Source: an uncultured Nitrosomonas sp.
GTDB taxonomy: Bacteria > Pseudomonadota > Gammaproteobacteria > Burkholderiales > Nitrosomonadaceae
Assembly: GCA_964421895.1 (NCBI GenBank)
Contig: CAYQZF010000001.1
Coordinates: 1 to 56,938, forward strand
DNA length: 56,938 nucleotides
Direction: 5' to 3'
In this document: piece after piece, positions 1 through 9,598 of the stretch
Position numbering within the stretch: position 1 is the first letter of the stretch
How the letters are laid out: each line of letters opens with the position of its first letter
Program-made: the position numbers and the translations under genes
The notes under the pieces: generated by a model
What the model saw: only the letters and a program-made list of their open reading frames with translations
Told to the model about the DNA's origin: nothing
Database searches by the model: none

Positions 1-2
1 GC

Positions 3-803
3 CAGCATGAACATGCGCCGCCCGCTGTTGCGGACCGGCAGGCTGCTGACACGATCCATTTCGGCACCGGCATAGCCGGTGCGCATGCGCCCGGTATGAG
101 TCAGACGCGAATGGTGAAAATCGAGCGCGACATTCTGACGAAAAATAACCAGTACGCGGATGAGAATCGCCGGTATCTGGCGCAACGCGGTATCTTCGCG
201 CTGAATCTGGTTTCCAGTCCGGGCTCCGGTAAAACCACCCTGCTGGTAAAAACCATCGAAATGCTGCGGGACCGCTTCCCGGTCGCCGTGATCGAAGGCG
301 ACCAGCAAACCGACCACGATGCCGCACGAATCCGTGCGACCGGTGTTCCGGCACTGCAAATCAACACCGGTAAGGGGTGCCATCTGGATGCGCATATGAT
401 CGGCCTGGCGCTGCAGCAGTTGCCGCTACGGAATAACAGTCTACTGTTCATCGAAAATGTCGGTAATCTGGTGTGCCCTTCCGGTTTCGATCTGGGCGAA
501 GCGCATAAAGTGGTCATTCTGTCGGTTACTGAAGGTGAAGACAAGTCGTTGAAGTATCCTGACATGTTTCACGCCGCCGATTTGATGTTGCTGAACAAAT
601 GCGATCTGCTGCCCTACCTTTCTTTCGACGTTGATCAAGCAATTGACTATGCGCAGCGCGTTCACCCCGGATTGCCGGTGATGCAAATTTCCGCCACGCA
701 AAGTATCGGCATGCCAGAATGGATCGATTGGATCATCGCCGGTTGCCGCCACGCGGCTGCAATCACTCACACAGCGCAACCATCCGATTCCCGGTTTGGT
801 TAA
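3..803 (+). CDS. hypB: Hydrogenase nickel-insertion GTPase HypB (5' end lies upstream of the window)
   Basis: Motifs [28 protein letters not shown] and NKCD. The frame is open from position 3 (QHEHAPP...[16 protein letters not shown]), so the ATG at 96 is probably internal. Confidence 0.95.
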   Translation, partial: QHEHAPPAVADRQAADTIHFGTGIAGAHAPGMSQTRMVKIERDILTKNNQYADENRRYLAQRGIFALNLVSSPGSGKTTLLVKTIEMLRDRFPVAVIEGDQQTDHDAARIRATGVPALQINTGKGCHLDAHMIGLALQQLPLRNNSLLFIENVGNLVCPSGFDLGEAHKVVILSVTEGEDKSLKYPDMFHAADLMLLNKCDLLPYLSFDVDQAIDYAQRVHPGLPVMQISATQSIGMPEWIDWIIAGCRHAAAITHTAQPSDSRFG

Positions 804-1917
804 TCCGCTCGACACACAGATTTCCCTGGCTATTAGCGGCCCTTCCGTTTTAGCCTGCGGTGCCTGGTTAAAAAATACCGTCTGCCTGACGCAAGGAAAC
901 AGCGCATTCATTTCTCCGCTCATCGGCGATTTGGCTACGGCGGAAGTGCGCGATCAATTCGATCAGACCGTGCAGCGCATGTGCCGGGACTATGCCATTC
1001 AACCCGTAATCGTGACGCACGACCTGCATCCAGATTTTTACAGCACGCAATTCGCGCAAGCTTATGCCGAGCGGCAGCAAATTCCGCTACTCGCAGTGCA
1101 ACACCATCACGCCCATATCGCTGCGGTCTGTGCCGAACATCAACTGACCGGACCGGTATTAGGCCTGGCGCTGGATGGTGTCGGCATGGGAACGGATAAC
1201 ACGCCGTGGGGCGGCGAATTGTTGCTGGTCAACGGCGCCCGGTTTGAACGGCTCGGTCATTTGACACCGCTGACCTTACCCGGTGGCGACCGCGCCGCGC
1301 GAGAACCTTGGCGCATGGCCGCAGCCGCGCTCACCCGGCTTGATCGCGGCACTGAAATAACCCAGCGTTTCCCGGAGCAACCAGCAGCTGCGACGGTTGC
1401 TACGATGCTGGCAAGAAATGTGAATTGTCCGCACACTTCCAGCATGGGGCGCTTATTCGATGCGGCCGCCGGTCTGCTTGGCATCTGTGCAATTCAATCG
1501 CATGAAGCGCAAGCTGCGATGCAGTTACAGCAATTGGCCGAACAACATGGAGAAATTACAGCGCTGACGGAAGGTTATCGCATTGATGCCGGCAACAATC
1601 TCGATTTTTCCCCGCTACTAGCAGCGATGATCGATCATCATGATGCCAATCACGATCTCGCCAGTGCCGCCGCGCTTTTTCACGCGACGCTGGTTGCCGG
1701 ATTAGCGGAGTGGGTGGAACAAACCGGCAAGCGACACGATATTTCACGGCTGGCGTTGGGTGGCGGGTGTTTTCACAATACCGTATTGCGGCACGGATTG
1801 ATGAGCCGACTCACTGCCACTGCGTACTCGGTATTCGCCGGCCAGCGACTACTACCTGATGACAGTGCGGTCGCGTTAGGTCAAGCATGGGTGGCACTGC
1901 AACATAACCCGTTATAA
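796..1917 (+). CDS. hypF: Carbamoyltransferase HypF, short form (C-terminal Kae1-like domain only)
   Basis: Motifs [43 protein letters not shown] and GGGCFHN. Only 373 aa, with no acylphosphatase, Zn-finger or YrdC domains. Overlaps the hypB stop. Confidence 0.88.
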   Translation: MVNPLDTQISLAISGPSVLACGAWLKNTVCLTQGNSAFISPLIGDLATAEVRDQFDQTVQRMCRDYAIQPVIVTHDLHPDFYSTQFAQAYAERQQIPLLAVQHHHAHIAAVCAEHQLTGPVLGLALDGVGMGTDNTPWGGELLLVNGARFERLGHLTPLTLPGGDRAAREPWRMAAAALTRLDRGTEITQRFPEQPAAATVATMLARNVNCPHTSSMGRLFDAAAGLLGICAIQSHEAQAAMQLQQLAEQHGEITALTEGYRIDAGNNLDFSPLLAAMIDHHDANHDLASAAALFHATLVAGLAEWVEQTGKRHDISRLALGGGCFHNTVLRHGLMSRLTATAYSVFAGQRLLPDDSAVALGQAWVALQHNPL

Positions 1918-1947
1918 TAGCGATTTCCTATCGCTTGAGACTTTACA

Positions 1948-2802
1948 ATGAGTAATTACGTACAACGCTTTCTACTGGAAAACCTGGATATCCGCGGCGC
2001 CGTGGTGCATCTGGATTCCGTTTGGCAAGCGATGTTGACCGGTCGCCATTATCCGCAGCCCGTGACCCGGCTGCTGGGAGAAATGAGCGCAGTCACCTTG
2101 TTGCTGGGCGAAAACCTGAAGCAAGCCGGCCGATTGACGATTCAACTGAATGGCAGCGGCCCGGTTTCGATGCTGGTCATCGATTGCACCGACACCCTGC
2201 ATCTGCGCGGCATGGCTAAATGCGAACAAAATATCACAGCACAAACGGCTCTCGATTTGCTCGGAGACGGCCGGTTGGTAATCACGTTGGATATGCCGTC
2301 GATGCGTGAGTGTTACCAAAGCATCGTGCCGCTCGACGGCAACAACATCGCGGAAATCTTTGAACATTATTTCCGGCAATCGGAACAATTGCCTTCACGC
2401 CTGTTTCTGATCGCCACGGATAACGCTATTTTCGGTTTGCTGCTGCAAAAATTACCCGCCGCCGATCAGAAGGACCCCGACGGATGGCCGCGCGCCGAAG
2501 CACTGGCAGCGACGGTTCACGATCATGCCTTATTCGATTTGACCGCGGAAGAAATACTGACCCGGTTGTTTTATCAGGAAACCATTCGCATTTTCGACGC
2601 TCAGACCATTCAATACGGTTGCCATGAAGATCCCGCCAAAATCTACGCCATGCTGCGTTCGCTCGGCCGGGAAGAAGTCGATTCGATTCTGCAAGAATTC
2701 GGCGAGGTTGTCGTTCACGATGACATTTGCAACCGCGAGTACCGTTTCGATGCCTTAGCAGTCGACGCTGTATTCCGCGAGGCCGGACCAACGGTTCATT
2801 GA
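1948..2802 (+). CDS. hslO: Hsp33 family molecular chaperone HslO (atypical cysteine motif)
   Basis: N-terminal RFLLENLDIRGAVV, then LTIQLNGSGP, YQSIVPL, YFRQSEQLPS, GLLLQKLP and C-terminal ICNREYRFD. Confidence 0.9.
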   Translation: MSNYVQRFLLENLDIRGAVVHLDSVWQAMLTGRHYPQPVTRLLGEMSAVTLLLGENLKQAGRLTIQLNGSGPVSMLVIDCTDTLHLRGMAKCEQNITAQTALDLLGDGRLVITLDMPSMRECYQSIVPLDGNNIAEIFEHYFRQSEQLPSRLFLIATDNAIFGLLLQKLPAADQKDPDGWPRAEALAATVHDHALFDLTAEEILTRLFYQETIRIFDAQTIQYGCHEDPAKIYAMLRSLGREEVDSILQEFGEVVVHDDICNREYRFDALAVDAVFREAGPTVH

Positions 2803-2859
2803 TTCGTTGAAATTTTTATTAAGAACTTATATTTTTTGTTTATTCACCGTTAAACATAC

Positions 2860-2892
2860 TTCACATCTTTTTCACATTTGCTAAGATATGAT
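2860..2892 (+). promoter_or_regulatory. Tandem heptamer box (TTCACAT-N4-TTCACAT) followed by a TATGAT -10-like hexamer
   Basis: Perfect 7-bp direct repeats at 2860-2866 and 2871-2877 (11-bp period) and TATGAT at 2887-2892, upstream of the response regulator. Confidence 0.35.
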
Positions 2893-2977
2893 CAGCTCAA
2901 AATATCCCCTGTGAGAAAACGGTTTCTCGTAAAAACCTAATTTCCAGGCTCACATTACGAAGTAAAGGAGAATTAAA

Positions 2978-3370
2978 ATGGCACCACGAATTGCGCATGT
3001 TGACGATGATTCGGATATCCGCGAAGCTGTTGGACGGATTCTATGTAAAAATGGCTATGAAGTTGACAGTTATCTTTCAATGCAAGAATTTATCGACTCG
3101 TTGGAAGATGAGAATAAACGGCCTGATTTGGCGATCCTGGATGTGATGGTTGAATCGATGGATTCAGGCTTGACTACCTATGCAAAAATTCACAAACGTT
3201 TTCCGCAAATACAAACCATTTTTTTAACCTCTCTGGGGGATATGATCAGACCCTATTTTGAGGACGGATCGCACGAATGGGTATGCATTATGGAAAAACC
3301 CGTTGAACCGGTCAGTTTACTAGCAACTATTAATGACCGTTTAAAAAAGCACACAGGAATCGCCGCATAA
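2978..3370 (+). CDS. Single-domain response regulator (receiver only)
   Basis: VDDD acidic pocket, PDLAILD phospho-Asp, FLTS, EKP; AAGGAG RBS upstream. Confidence 0.9.
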   Translation: MAPRIAHVDDDSDIREAVGRILCKNGYEVDSYLSMQEFIDSLEDENKRPDLAILDVMVESMDSGLTTYAKIHKRFPQIQTIFLTSLGDMIRPYFEDGSHEWVCIMEKPVEPVSLLATINDRLKKHTGIAA

Positions 3371-3385
3371 TCGGATCCTGCAATA

Positions 3386-4810
3386 ATGGCGACAACGGAA
3401 TTCTCCTGGGATAGATCTAATAATCAGAATATTCTGCTTGAAATAAAAGGAGACAAGCTCAAACTCAGTGACGATGTTTTGATCAGCAATATCCGCTGGT
3501 TTATTACCTTCCGCTGGGCGCTCATTGTCACACTGGTTTTTTTTGAAATCTTGATGTTGTCCGCATCGGATGTTCTGATGCAGTTCGGTATCAGCGAGCA
3601 ACAAAAATGGCCTATTGCAGTAATTATCGTATTAGTAATTGCTAATATCGCGTACATCGTCGCACTAGATCATTGCAAACCTAGTAAATACAATTCACCG
3701 ACCATTAATTTGTGGATACAGATCATAATCGACCTGATCTGTTTATCCGTTGTTGTGCATTATATCGGCAGCACCACCACACCGATTTCCTTTTTCTACG
3801 TATTACATATCGCACTTGCTTGCATCTTTTTCTCTACCCGCGAAAGCCTGTATGTCACGATCTTAGTCTGTTTCATGGACACGATTGTGATCGTCATCGA
3901 TAACTTTCTGGTTACTCAAATACCACTTTCGACCTTGCTCAACAGTCATTTTGTATTTGAAAATTCACATAGAGATAGTGCAATTATCTGGATGTTCTTT
4001 CTTGATATTTTGTTTCTTATCGTCTGGTATGTGGTATCGAGACTTTCCTTGATTGTTCGTGCTCATGAGCGCCATCTTTTGGATGCTTACAAACAAATTA
4101 ATCAAGCGCAAGTGGAAAAAGACCAATACGCCGTACTGATGACACATCAACTCAAATCACCGCTTGATGCCATCCGCAGCAAAATCAATCTGATCAAAGG
4201 CGGTTATTGCGGCAATGCTTCTGATGGTGTTAACGAAGCACTAGACAAGATCGATAGCCGGGCTCAAAGCATGTCGAGTTTGATTTTGGATTTACTCAGA
4301 CTCGAGCGATTGAAAGATACCTGTCTTAATACCGCAGTCTTCGAATTTGTCGACATTCAAGCTACTTTACAAAAGTGCATTGAAAAATTGACACCGGTTG
4401 CTAACGCAAAACACATCACATTCAATTTATCGGTCGATAATTTTTTCTGCAAAGCAATTCCAGATCAACTTGAAATGCTGCTGGAAAATATTATTACCAA
4501 TGCAATTACATATTCCCATAACAATGCATCGGTCGAAATTACATCCGCCCTTAACCGGCAGGGTCAAAGCGCCAGCATTACCATTACCGATCATGGCATT
4601 GGCATAGAGAACAAAGACCTACCCAATATATTCAATGAGTATTTCTATTCACCCCGAGCGGCTTTGCACAACAAGGCAACCAGTGGAATCGGTTTGTCAA
4701 TCGTAAAAATTGCAGCAGAAAACAATAAACTGAAAATCAAAGTGACCAGCGAACCCGGTGCAGGCACTTCTTTTACCATCATCTTCAATGAAGTTGAATT
4801 ATCAGATTGA
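3386..4810 (+). CDS. Multi-TM membrane sensor histidine kinase (HisKA + HATPase_c)
   Basis: About 5-6 hydrophobic N-terminal segments; H-box THQLKSPL, N-box ENIITNA, G1 DHGIGI, G2 SGIGL. Confidence 0.9.
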   Translation: MATTEFSWDRSNNQNILLEIKGDKLKLSDDVLISNIRWFITFRWALIVTLVFFEILMLSASDVLMQFGISEQQKWPIAVIIVLVIANIAYIVALDHCKPSKYNSPTINLWIQIIIDLICLSVVVHYIGSTTTPISFFYVLHIALACIFFSTRESLYVTILVCFMDTIVIVIDNFLVTQIPLSTLLNSHFVFENSHRDSAIIWMFFLDILFLIVWYVVSRLSLIVRAHERHLLDAYKQINQAQVEKDQYAVLMTHQLKSPLDAIRSKINLIKGGYCGNASDGVNEALDKIDSRAQSMSSLILDLLRLERLKDTCLNTAVFEFVDIQATLQKCIEKLTPVANAKHITFNLSVDNFFCKAIPDQLEMLLENIITNAITYSHNNASVEITSALNRQGQSASITITDHGIGIENKDLPNIFNEYFYSPRAALHNKATSGIGLSIVKIAAENNKLKIKVTSEPGAGTSFTIIFNEVELSD

Positions 4811-4867
4811 TAAAGATTAGTTCTCAATCCATACTCCCAGTTAAACTTTCTTATAATGCTTTTTTAT

Positions 4868-7246
4868 TTAACGCTGATGCCAGTAGCGCCGGTATAATCC
4901 CCGCCAGCTTTCGGCCGACCATCCATTTTCTGCAAAACGCATCAAAATTGCACCATCTCTGTCGCTACGCAGCAACCTGCTGTTTATATCGCGATAACGC
5001 GTTATTACAGTTTCATGCGGATGATCATAGCGATTCAGATAACCCACCGCAAAAATAGTAAGTGCTGGGCTCACCCGGTTTACAAAATCAACTGTCGAGG
5101 AAGACAAACTGCCATGATGAGGCGCAATAAGAACTGTTGCCGCAAGCTTATCACCAGCGCGGTTGAGCAATGCTTGTTCATCTTTACTTTCGATATCAGC
5201 CGGTATCAAGACACTGCCATGAATCGATGAAATCTTTAATACACAACTGTTCGCATTCACCCGGCGTTGTAAATTTTCATAATCCTGTGCCAGTGGATGC
5301 AATAACTCAAAATGTACGCCATCCCAATCCCAGGATTGGCCAGCACGGCATTGAACTGAACGGATTGCGGCTTGCACTATGGGGTGGTCATCTTGCAAAG
5401 ACGATAGCAACTGATCAACCGGTATATCAGCTATTACCGACAATGCACCACCGCTATGGTCGTTATCCGCATGCGATACAATCAGGGCATCCAATTTCCG
5501 TATACCCTCGCCGCGCAAGTAAGGCACGACAATGCGCTTACCGCTGTCGCTATCGCCGCCCCCTGGGCCAGTATCAAACACCATCGCATGATGTTCGGTG
5601 CGCGCCACAACCGCCAATCCCTGACCGGCATCCAGCACCGTCAACCATAATTCACCAACTTTAGGTTTGGACGGCAATACCAAAAACAGTGGTAACAGTG
5701 CAATCACACCCAGCCAGCGGGCCGGAAAGCCTGCAAAGAATCCTTTACCCAAGCTTCCCGGCAGCAGCATCCAAAAGATTCCAATCGTAGCCACAATTGC
5801 TGTCCACAGCGGCGGCGCATGCTGCTGCCATACGGCTTGTGGAAATTCACTCAAAGAGCGAAGAATTACCATCAAGAAACCTAACAATGCATGCGCCCAT
5901 GGCAAAACAAAATCAAACGCTGGTATCGCGGCCAGCAATGTGAGCGGCACCACCGCGAAGCTTATCAGCGGTATGGCAATAGCATTAGCAAGCGGCGATA
6001 GCACCGGCACCTGCTGAAAGAAAACCAACAGCAAAGGAATTAATCCTAACGTAATCGCCCATTGAATCCTCACCCAACCGGTAAACCAATGGGTTGCGCC
6101 AATTCTCCCCACCGTAATTAGCATAATGAGCGCAATAGCCCCGAACGACAGCCAAAATCCGGGCGCATTGACAGCCCATGGATCGAGCAAGACCACCCAA
6201 AATAGCGCCCACGCCAGCACCACTGCCGCAGATGTACGTTGCCCTTTCCATACTGCAACCGCTATTACGATGAGCATATAGACTGTCCGTTGCGCTGGGA
6301 TGGCAAAACCGGATAGCACGGCATAGGTAAGTGCCGCAAACAATCCCGCCACAGTAGCAGCCCGGTATGCCGGTAAACGTAACGTCAAATAAGCACTCCA
6401 GCGCCACAGCCAAAAAACCAGCGCAAAAACCATACTGGAGATCATCGTGATATGCAAACCGGAAATCGCCATCAAATGGTTAGTACCGGTTCGAGTGAAT
6501 ACTTGCCATTGATCGCGCGCAATCGCATTCTGCTCGCCAATGGCCAGCGCTTGCAAAATACCGGTGTACGGTTGATCGGATAAGTTTGCGGCAAAGCGAT
6601 GCAGTATTTCCTCGCGAACACGTTCAATCCAGTATTTTGGCCATGAAACCAGCGGTTGCAGGCGCTCATTCTCAGCAACCGGACGCACATAACCGGTTGC
6701 GCGGATATTACGCTCCAAGGCCCATGCTTCATAGTCAAAACCATGCGGATTCATATTGCCGCGCGGTTGTTTCAAGCGAACCGTGATACGCCAGCGCTCT
6801 CCCGACCGAAGCACCGGTAAAGGCGTCCCTACGGTTTCTGCCGGTTGCGCTTTGAACCAGGATAATGCCAAATTCCGGGGAACTCTTGCGCCTTCCGTGA
6901 GCACCTGTTCCACATCAAAGCGAAAACGGATGCCACGATCATCGTTATGTTGCACATCCGCCACAACACCCATGATCTGAATATCCTTGCGCTCCCACTC
7001 GTGCGGCAAGGCATCGGACAAGCGCCACTGGGCAAATGCAGCAGCCCAAAAGAAACCTACCCCTAAGCACAGCAACCCCATTAAAATTTTACGGAATACG
7101 ATAAACTTCTTTGCTGCATAACACCGCATCAACCCGATGACGATGGCGATCAGGATTAAAATCCAAACCCACTCTGCTTGCGGTAACTGAGCTTGTTGCT
7201 GCAACAAGCCGGCACCTGAAACAAATGCAAGTATATTGACTCTCAT
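4868..7246 (-). CDS. comEC: DNA internalization competence protein ComEC/Rec2
   Basis: OB-fold region with NPHGFDYE, competence domain HLMAISGLH, metallo-beta-lactamase domain SHADNDHSGG and PHHGS. Confidence 0.95.
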   Translation of the reverse strand: MRVNILAFVSGAGLLQQQAQLPQAEWVWILILIAIVIGLMRCYAAKKFIVFRKILMGLLCLGVGFFWAAAFAQWRLSDALPHEWERKDIQIMGVVADVQHNDDRGIRFRFDVEQVLTEGARVPRNLALSWFKAQPAETVGTPLPVLRSGERWRITVRLKQPRGNMNPHGFDYEAWALERNIRATGYVRPVAENERLQPLVSWPKYWIERVREEILHRFAANLSDQPYTGILQALAIGEQNAIARDQWQVFTRTGTNHLMAISGLHITMISSMVFALVFWLWRWSAYLTLRLPAYRAATVAGLFAALTYAVLSGFAIPAQRTVYMLIVIAVAVWKGQRTSAAVVLAWALFWVVLLDPWAVNAPGFWLSFGAIALIMLITVGRIGATHWFTGWVRIQWAITLGLIPLLLVFFQQVPVLSPLANAIAIPLISFAVVPLTLLAAIPAFDFVLPWAHALLGFLMVILRSLSEFPQAVWQQHAPPLWTAIVATIGIFWMLLPGSLGKGFFAGFPARWLGVIALLPLFLVLPSKPKVGELWLTVLDAGQGLAVVARTEHHAMVFDTGPGGGDSDSGKRIVVPYLRGEGIRKLDALIVSHADNDHSGGALSVIADIPVDQLLSSLQDDHPIVQAAIRSVQCRAGQSWDWDGVHFELLHPLAQDYENLQRRVNANSCVLKISSIHGSVLIPADIESKDEQALLNRAGDKLAATVLIAPHHGSLSSSTVDFVNRVSPALTIFAVGYLNRYDHPHETVITRYRDINSRLLRSDRDGAILMRFAENGWSAESWRGLYRRYWHQR

Positions 7247-7488
7247 TAATGGATTCGTCTAGTTTTCAAGAGAAAACAGTCGGCACTGCAGCGCTTTTAT
7301 GCAAAACAAAGAAGTCCTTGCTACACTTCCTGGTAAATTTAATCGCAGGATTCTTCCCATAGAATTATAGCGTTATCAATTGGCATAATTTGATAGTATA
7401 GTAATGTATATTTTTAGTAGATATATTGTGGTTAATCAGTTCAACTGCATAAGCTCCAGCAACGCAAATGTGAGCAGGAGGAAACGCC

Positions 7489-8703
7489 ATGACGCAAACT
7501 GAAGAGCAACGAAGAAAAGATGATGATATAAGACAAAGTAAAACCGAGCTACTGAGCGAGCTGCAGATTTCTCACCAAGAGCTGGAATCACAAAACCGGG
7601 AACTCCTCGAAACGCAATTGCTCTTAAACCAATCACACAAACGCTACGCAGATCTCTACGAATATGCGCCAGTTGGCTTTCTGACTTTAAACAAAACCGG
7701 ATACATTTTGTCACTGAATCAAGCCGGCGAAGAGTTATTAAGAAATAACCGGGAATCCTTGATCGGTAAATTATTTACCGATTGTTTTTTCGATATCGAC
7801 CTTCAAGCCTTTATTCAATACTTGCAGAAAATTTTTACTACTTCGGGCAAAATCGCTGTTGATCTAAAAATCAAGAACGCAGACGAACAACTTAGTTATA
7901 TTCGGTTGGAAAGCACACTCATGTGTGATAGCGATACCTGCTTGATGATCATGTCCGATATCAGTCAACTAAAAAAAACAATCCATCTCAACCACAATTT
8001 ATTGTATGAAAACAGACGGCTCATGAAAGAGCTCTTTCATATTCAGGAAAAAGAGCGGCGATTGATTGCACGTGAACTGCACGATGAGCTAGGACAATGG
8101 TTAACGGCTATCCGCGTGGAAAACGAAGTCATCTTGAATAACACATCGAGCGATTCGATGATCGCGATCAGTGCGCGCGCTATCAATGAATGCACTCAGA
8201 AAATGAATAAAATAATCCACGAAATTCTGCACCAGTTACGCCCCGTGTTACTGGATACAGTGGGATTAGTCGATGCTTTGTCAGAACTCAAGCGGCAATG
8301 GTGCACGCACCATCCACAAATGATCCTCGAGCTCAAGTTGAACGGCGAGCTCGATAAGCTGAGTGAGCCGATCAACATAGCAATATACCGCATCGTCCAG
8401 GAAGGACTGACCAATATTTATAATCACGCAGAGGCAACCTGGGCGCAAATCAGCCTAAGCCGGGAGAATGGCATTGAACCAACGGATAATTGCCTGCTGC
8501 TCACCATCGAAGACAACGGCAAAGGCTATAATATTAATCAGCAATTTAGCGGCTTAGGATTACTCGGTATGCGCGAACGCGTCATTGCCATGAACGGTAC
8601 ATTGTCGGTACGCAGCGCTTACAATGAAGGCACGGAAATCAATATTAAATTGCCGATGGAACATTCCAACTATGACGAAACCAATCTGTACCCTATTGAT
8701 TGA
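7489..8703 (+). CDS. Cytoplasmic PAS-domain histidine kinase (HisKA_3, NarX/UhpB type)
   Basis: Coiled coil, then PAS (YADLYEYAPVG), ERRLIARELHDELGQ, YRIVQEGLTN, EDNGKG and GLGLLGMRER. No obvious TM segment. Confidence 0.9.
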   Translation: MTQTEEQRRKDDDIRQSKTELLSELQISHQELESQNRELLETQLLLNQSHKRYADLYEYAPVGFLTLNKTGYILSLNQAGEELLRNNRESLIGKLFTDCFFDIDLQAFIQYLQKIFTTSGKIAVDLKIKNADEQLSYIRLESTLMCDSDTCLMIMSDISQLKKTIHLNHNLLYENRRLMKELFHIQEKERRLIARELHDELGQWLTAIRVENEVILNNTSSDSMIAISARAINECTQKMNKIIHEILHQLRPVLLDTVGLVDALSELKRQWCTHHPQMILELKLNGELDKLSEPINIAIYRIVQEGLTNIYNHAEATWAQISLSRENGIEPTDNCLLLTIEDNGKGYNINQQFSGLGLLGMRERVIAMNGTLSVRSAYNEGTEINIKLPMEHSNYDETNLYPID

Positions 8704-9319
8704 TGATCACCCCGTCGTACGCACCGGCTATCGCCGTTTACTTGAAAGCACACCGGATATATGCGTGGTGGCGGAAGCCGATGACGGCGAGTCGGGTTAT
8801 CAGCAATATTTAGAGCATCAACCTGACGTCACAATTTTAGATTTGAATATGCCCGGCATCGGCGGCCTTGAAACCATCCGCCGCATCAAAGCCCGGGATT
8901 CCGCAGCGCACATCCTGGTATTCAGCATGTTAAACAATGTCACCATGGCGCAACGCTCATTAAAAGCCGGAGCCACTGGTTTTCTCAGCAAACAAAGTGG
9001 AATCGGTGAAATGATTCAAGCGGTGCGGCAAGTCAATGCCGGAAAAATCTATATTGAGTCGGAGCTAGCCGCAACGCTGGCACTCAACGCAACACGCAAG
9101 GAAGCCTGCGAGAGTCCATTGGACATGCTCACCAAACGCGAATTCCAAATCTTCAAATTGATCGCAGAAGGGAATTCCAGCATGCAAATTGCGGAAAAAC
9201 TGGCCATCAGCCCAAAGACCGTGGGCGTTCACCATGTCAATCTGATGCGCAAATTGCAATTGCAAAACACCACACAGCTTATCCGCATGGCGATTAATAA
9301 CAATGTCATTCAAACCTAA
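8672..9319 (+). CDS. NarL/LuxR family response regulator
   Basis: IDDHPVVR receiver, ILDLNMPG, LTKREFQIF...ISPKTV HTH. Start placed at the ATG at 8672 rather than 8624. Confidence 0.92.
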   Translation: MTKPICTLLIDDHPVVRTGYRRLLESTPDICVVAEADDGESGYQQYLEHQPDVTILDLNMPGIGGLETIRRIKARDSAAHILVFSMLNNVTMAQRSLKAGATGFLSKQSGIGEMIQAVRQVNAGKIYIESELAATLALNATRKEACESPLDMLTKREFQIFKLIAEGNSSMQIAEKLAISPKTVGVHHVNLMRKLQLQNTTQLIRMAINNNVIQT

Positions 9320-9350
9320 ATCCTGGCTAGCATGTAATTGATCCGCTACA

Positions 9351-9373
9351 GAAATAAGCGGAATGCTTATTTC
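9351..9373. repeat. Perfect 9-bp inverted repeat (possible terminator or operator)
   Basis: GAAATAAGC-ggaat-GCTTATTTC, about 30 bp after the response regulator stop. Confidence 0.45.
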
Positions 9374-9426
9374 CTCGCTTTGCGGCGTCCAGTAAGATTG
9401 CGTATCCCGGTTAAATTCAGTGCTTA

Positions 9427-9565
9427 GGAAACCCTGAAACAGGTAGCGAACAACTGTGAGGCAAGGTGGAATCAGTTGAAAATGTTCAGCTTACAAAATT
9501 AAATGAATATTTTGAATCTTATTTCAACACGGTATGATTGAACGTAGTAGTTTTTCAGAGATTCC
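9427..9565. mobile_element. Putative MITE (139 bp, non-coding)
   Basis: Terminal inverted repeats GGAAACCCTGAAA / TTTCAGAGATTCC (11/13 match), with TTA on both flanks (9424-9426, 9566-9568). Confidence 0.6.
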
Positions 9566-9598
9566 TTAACTCGATCATCCTCTCAACAAGGAGTCAAA

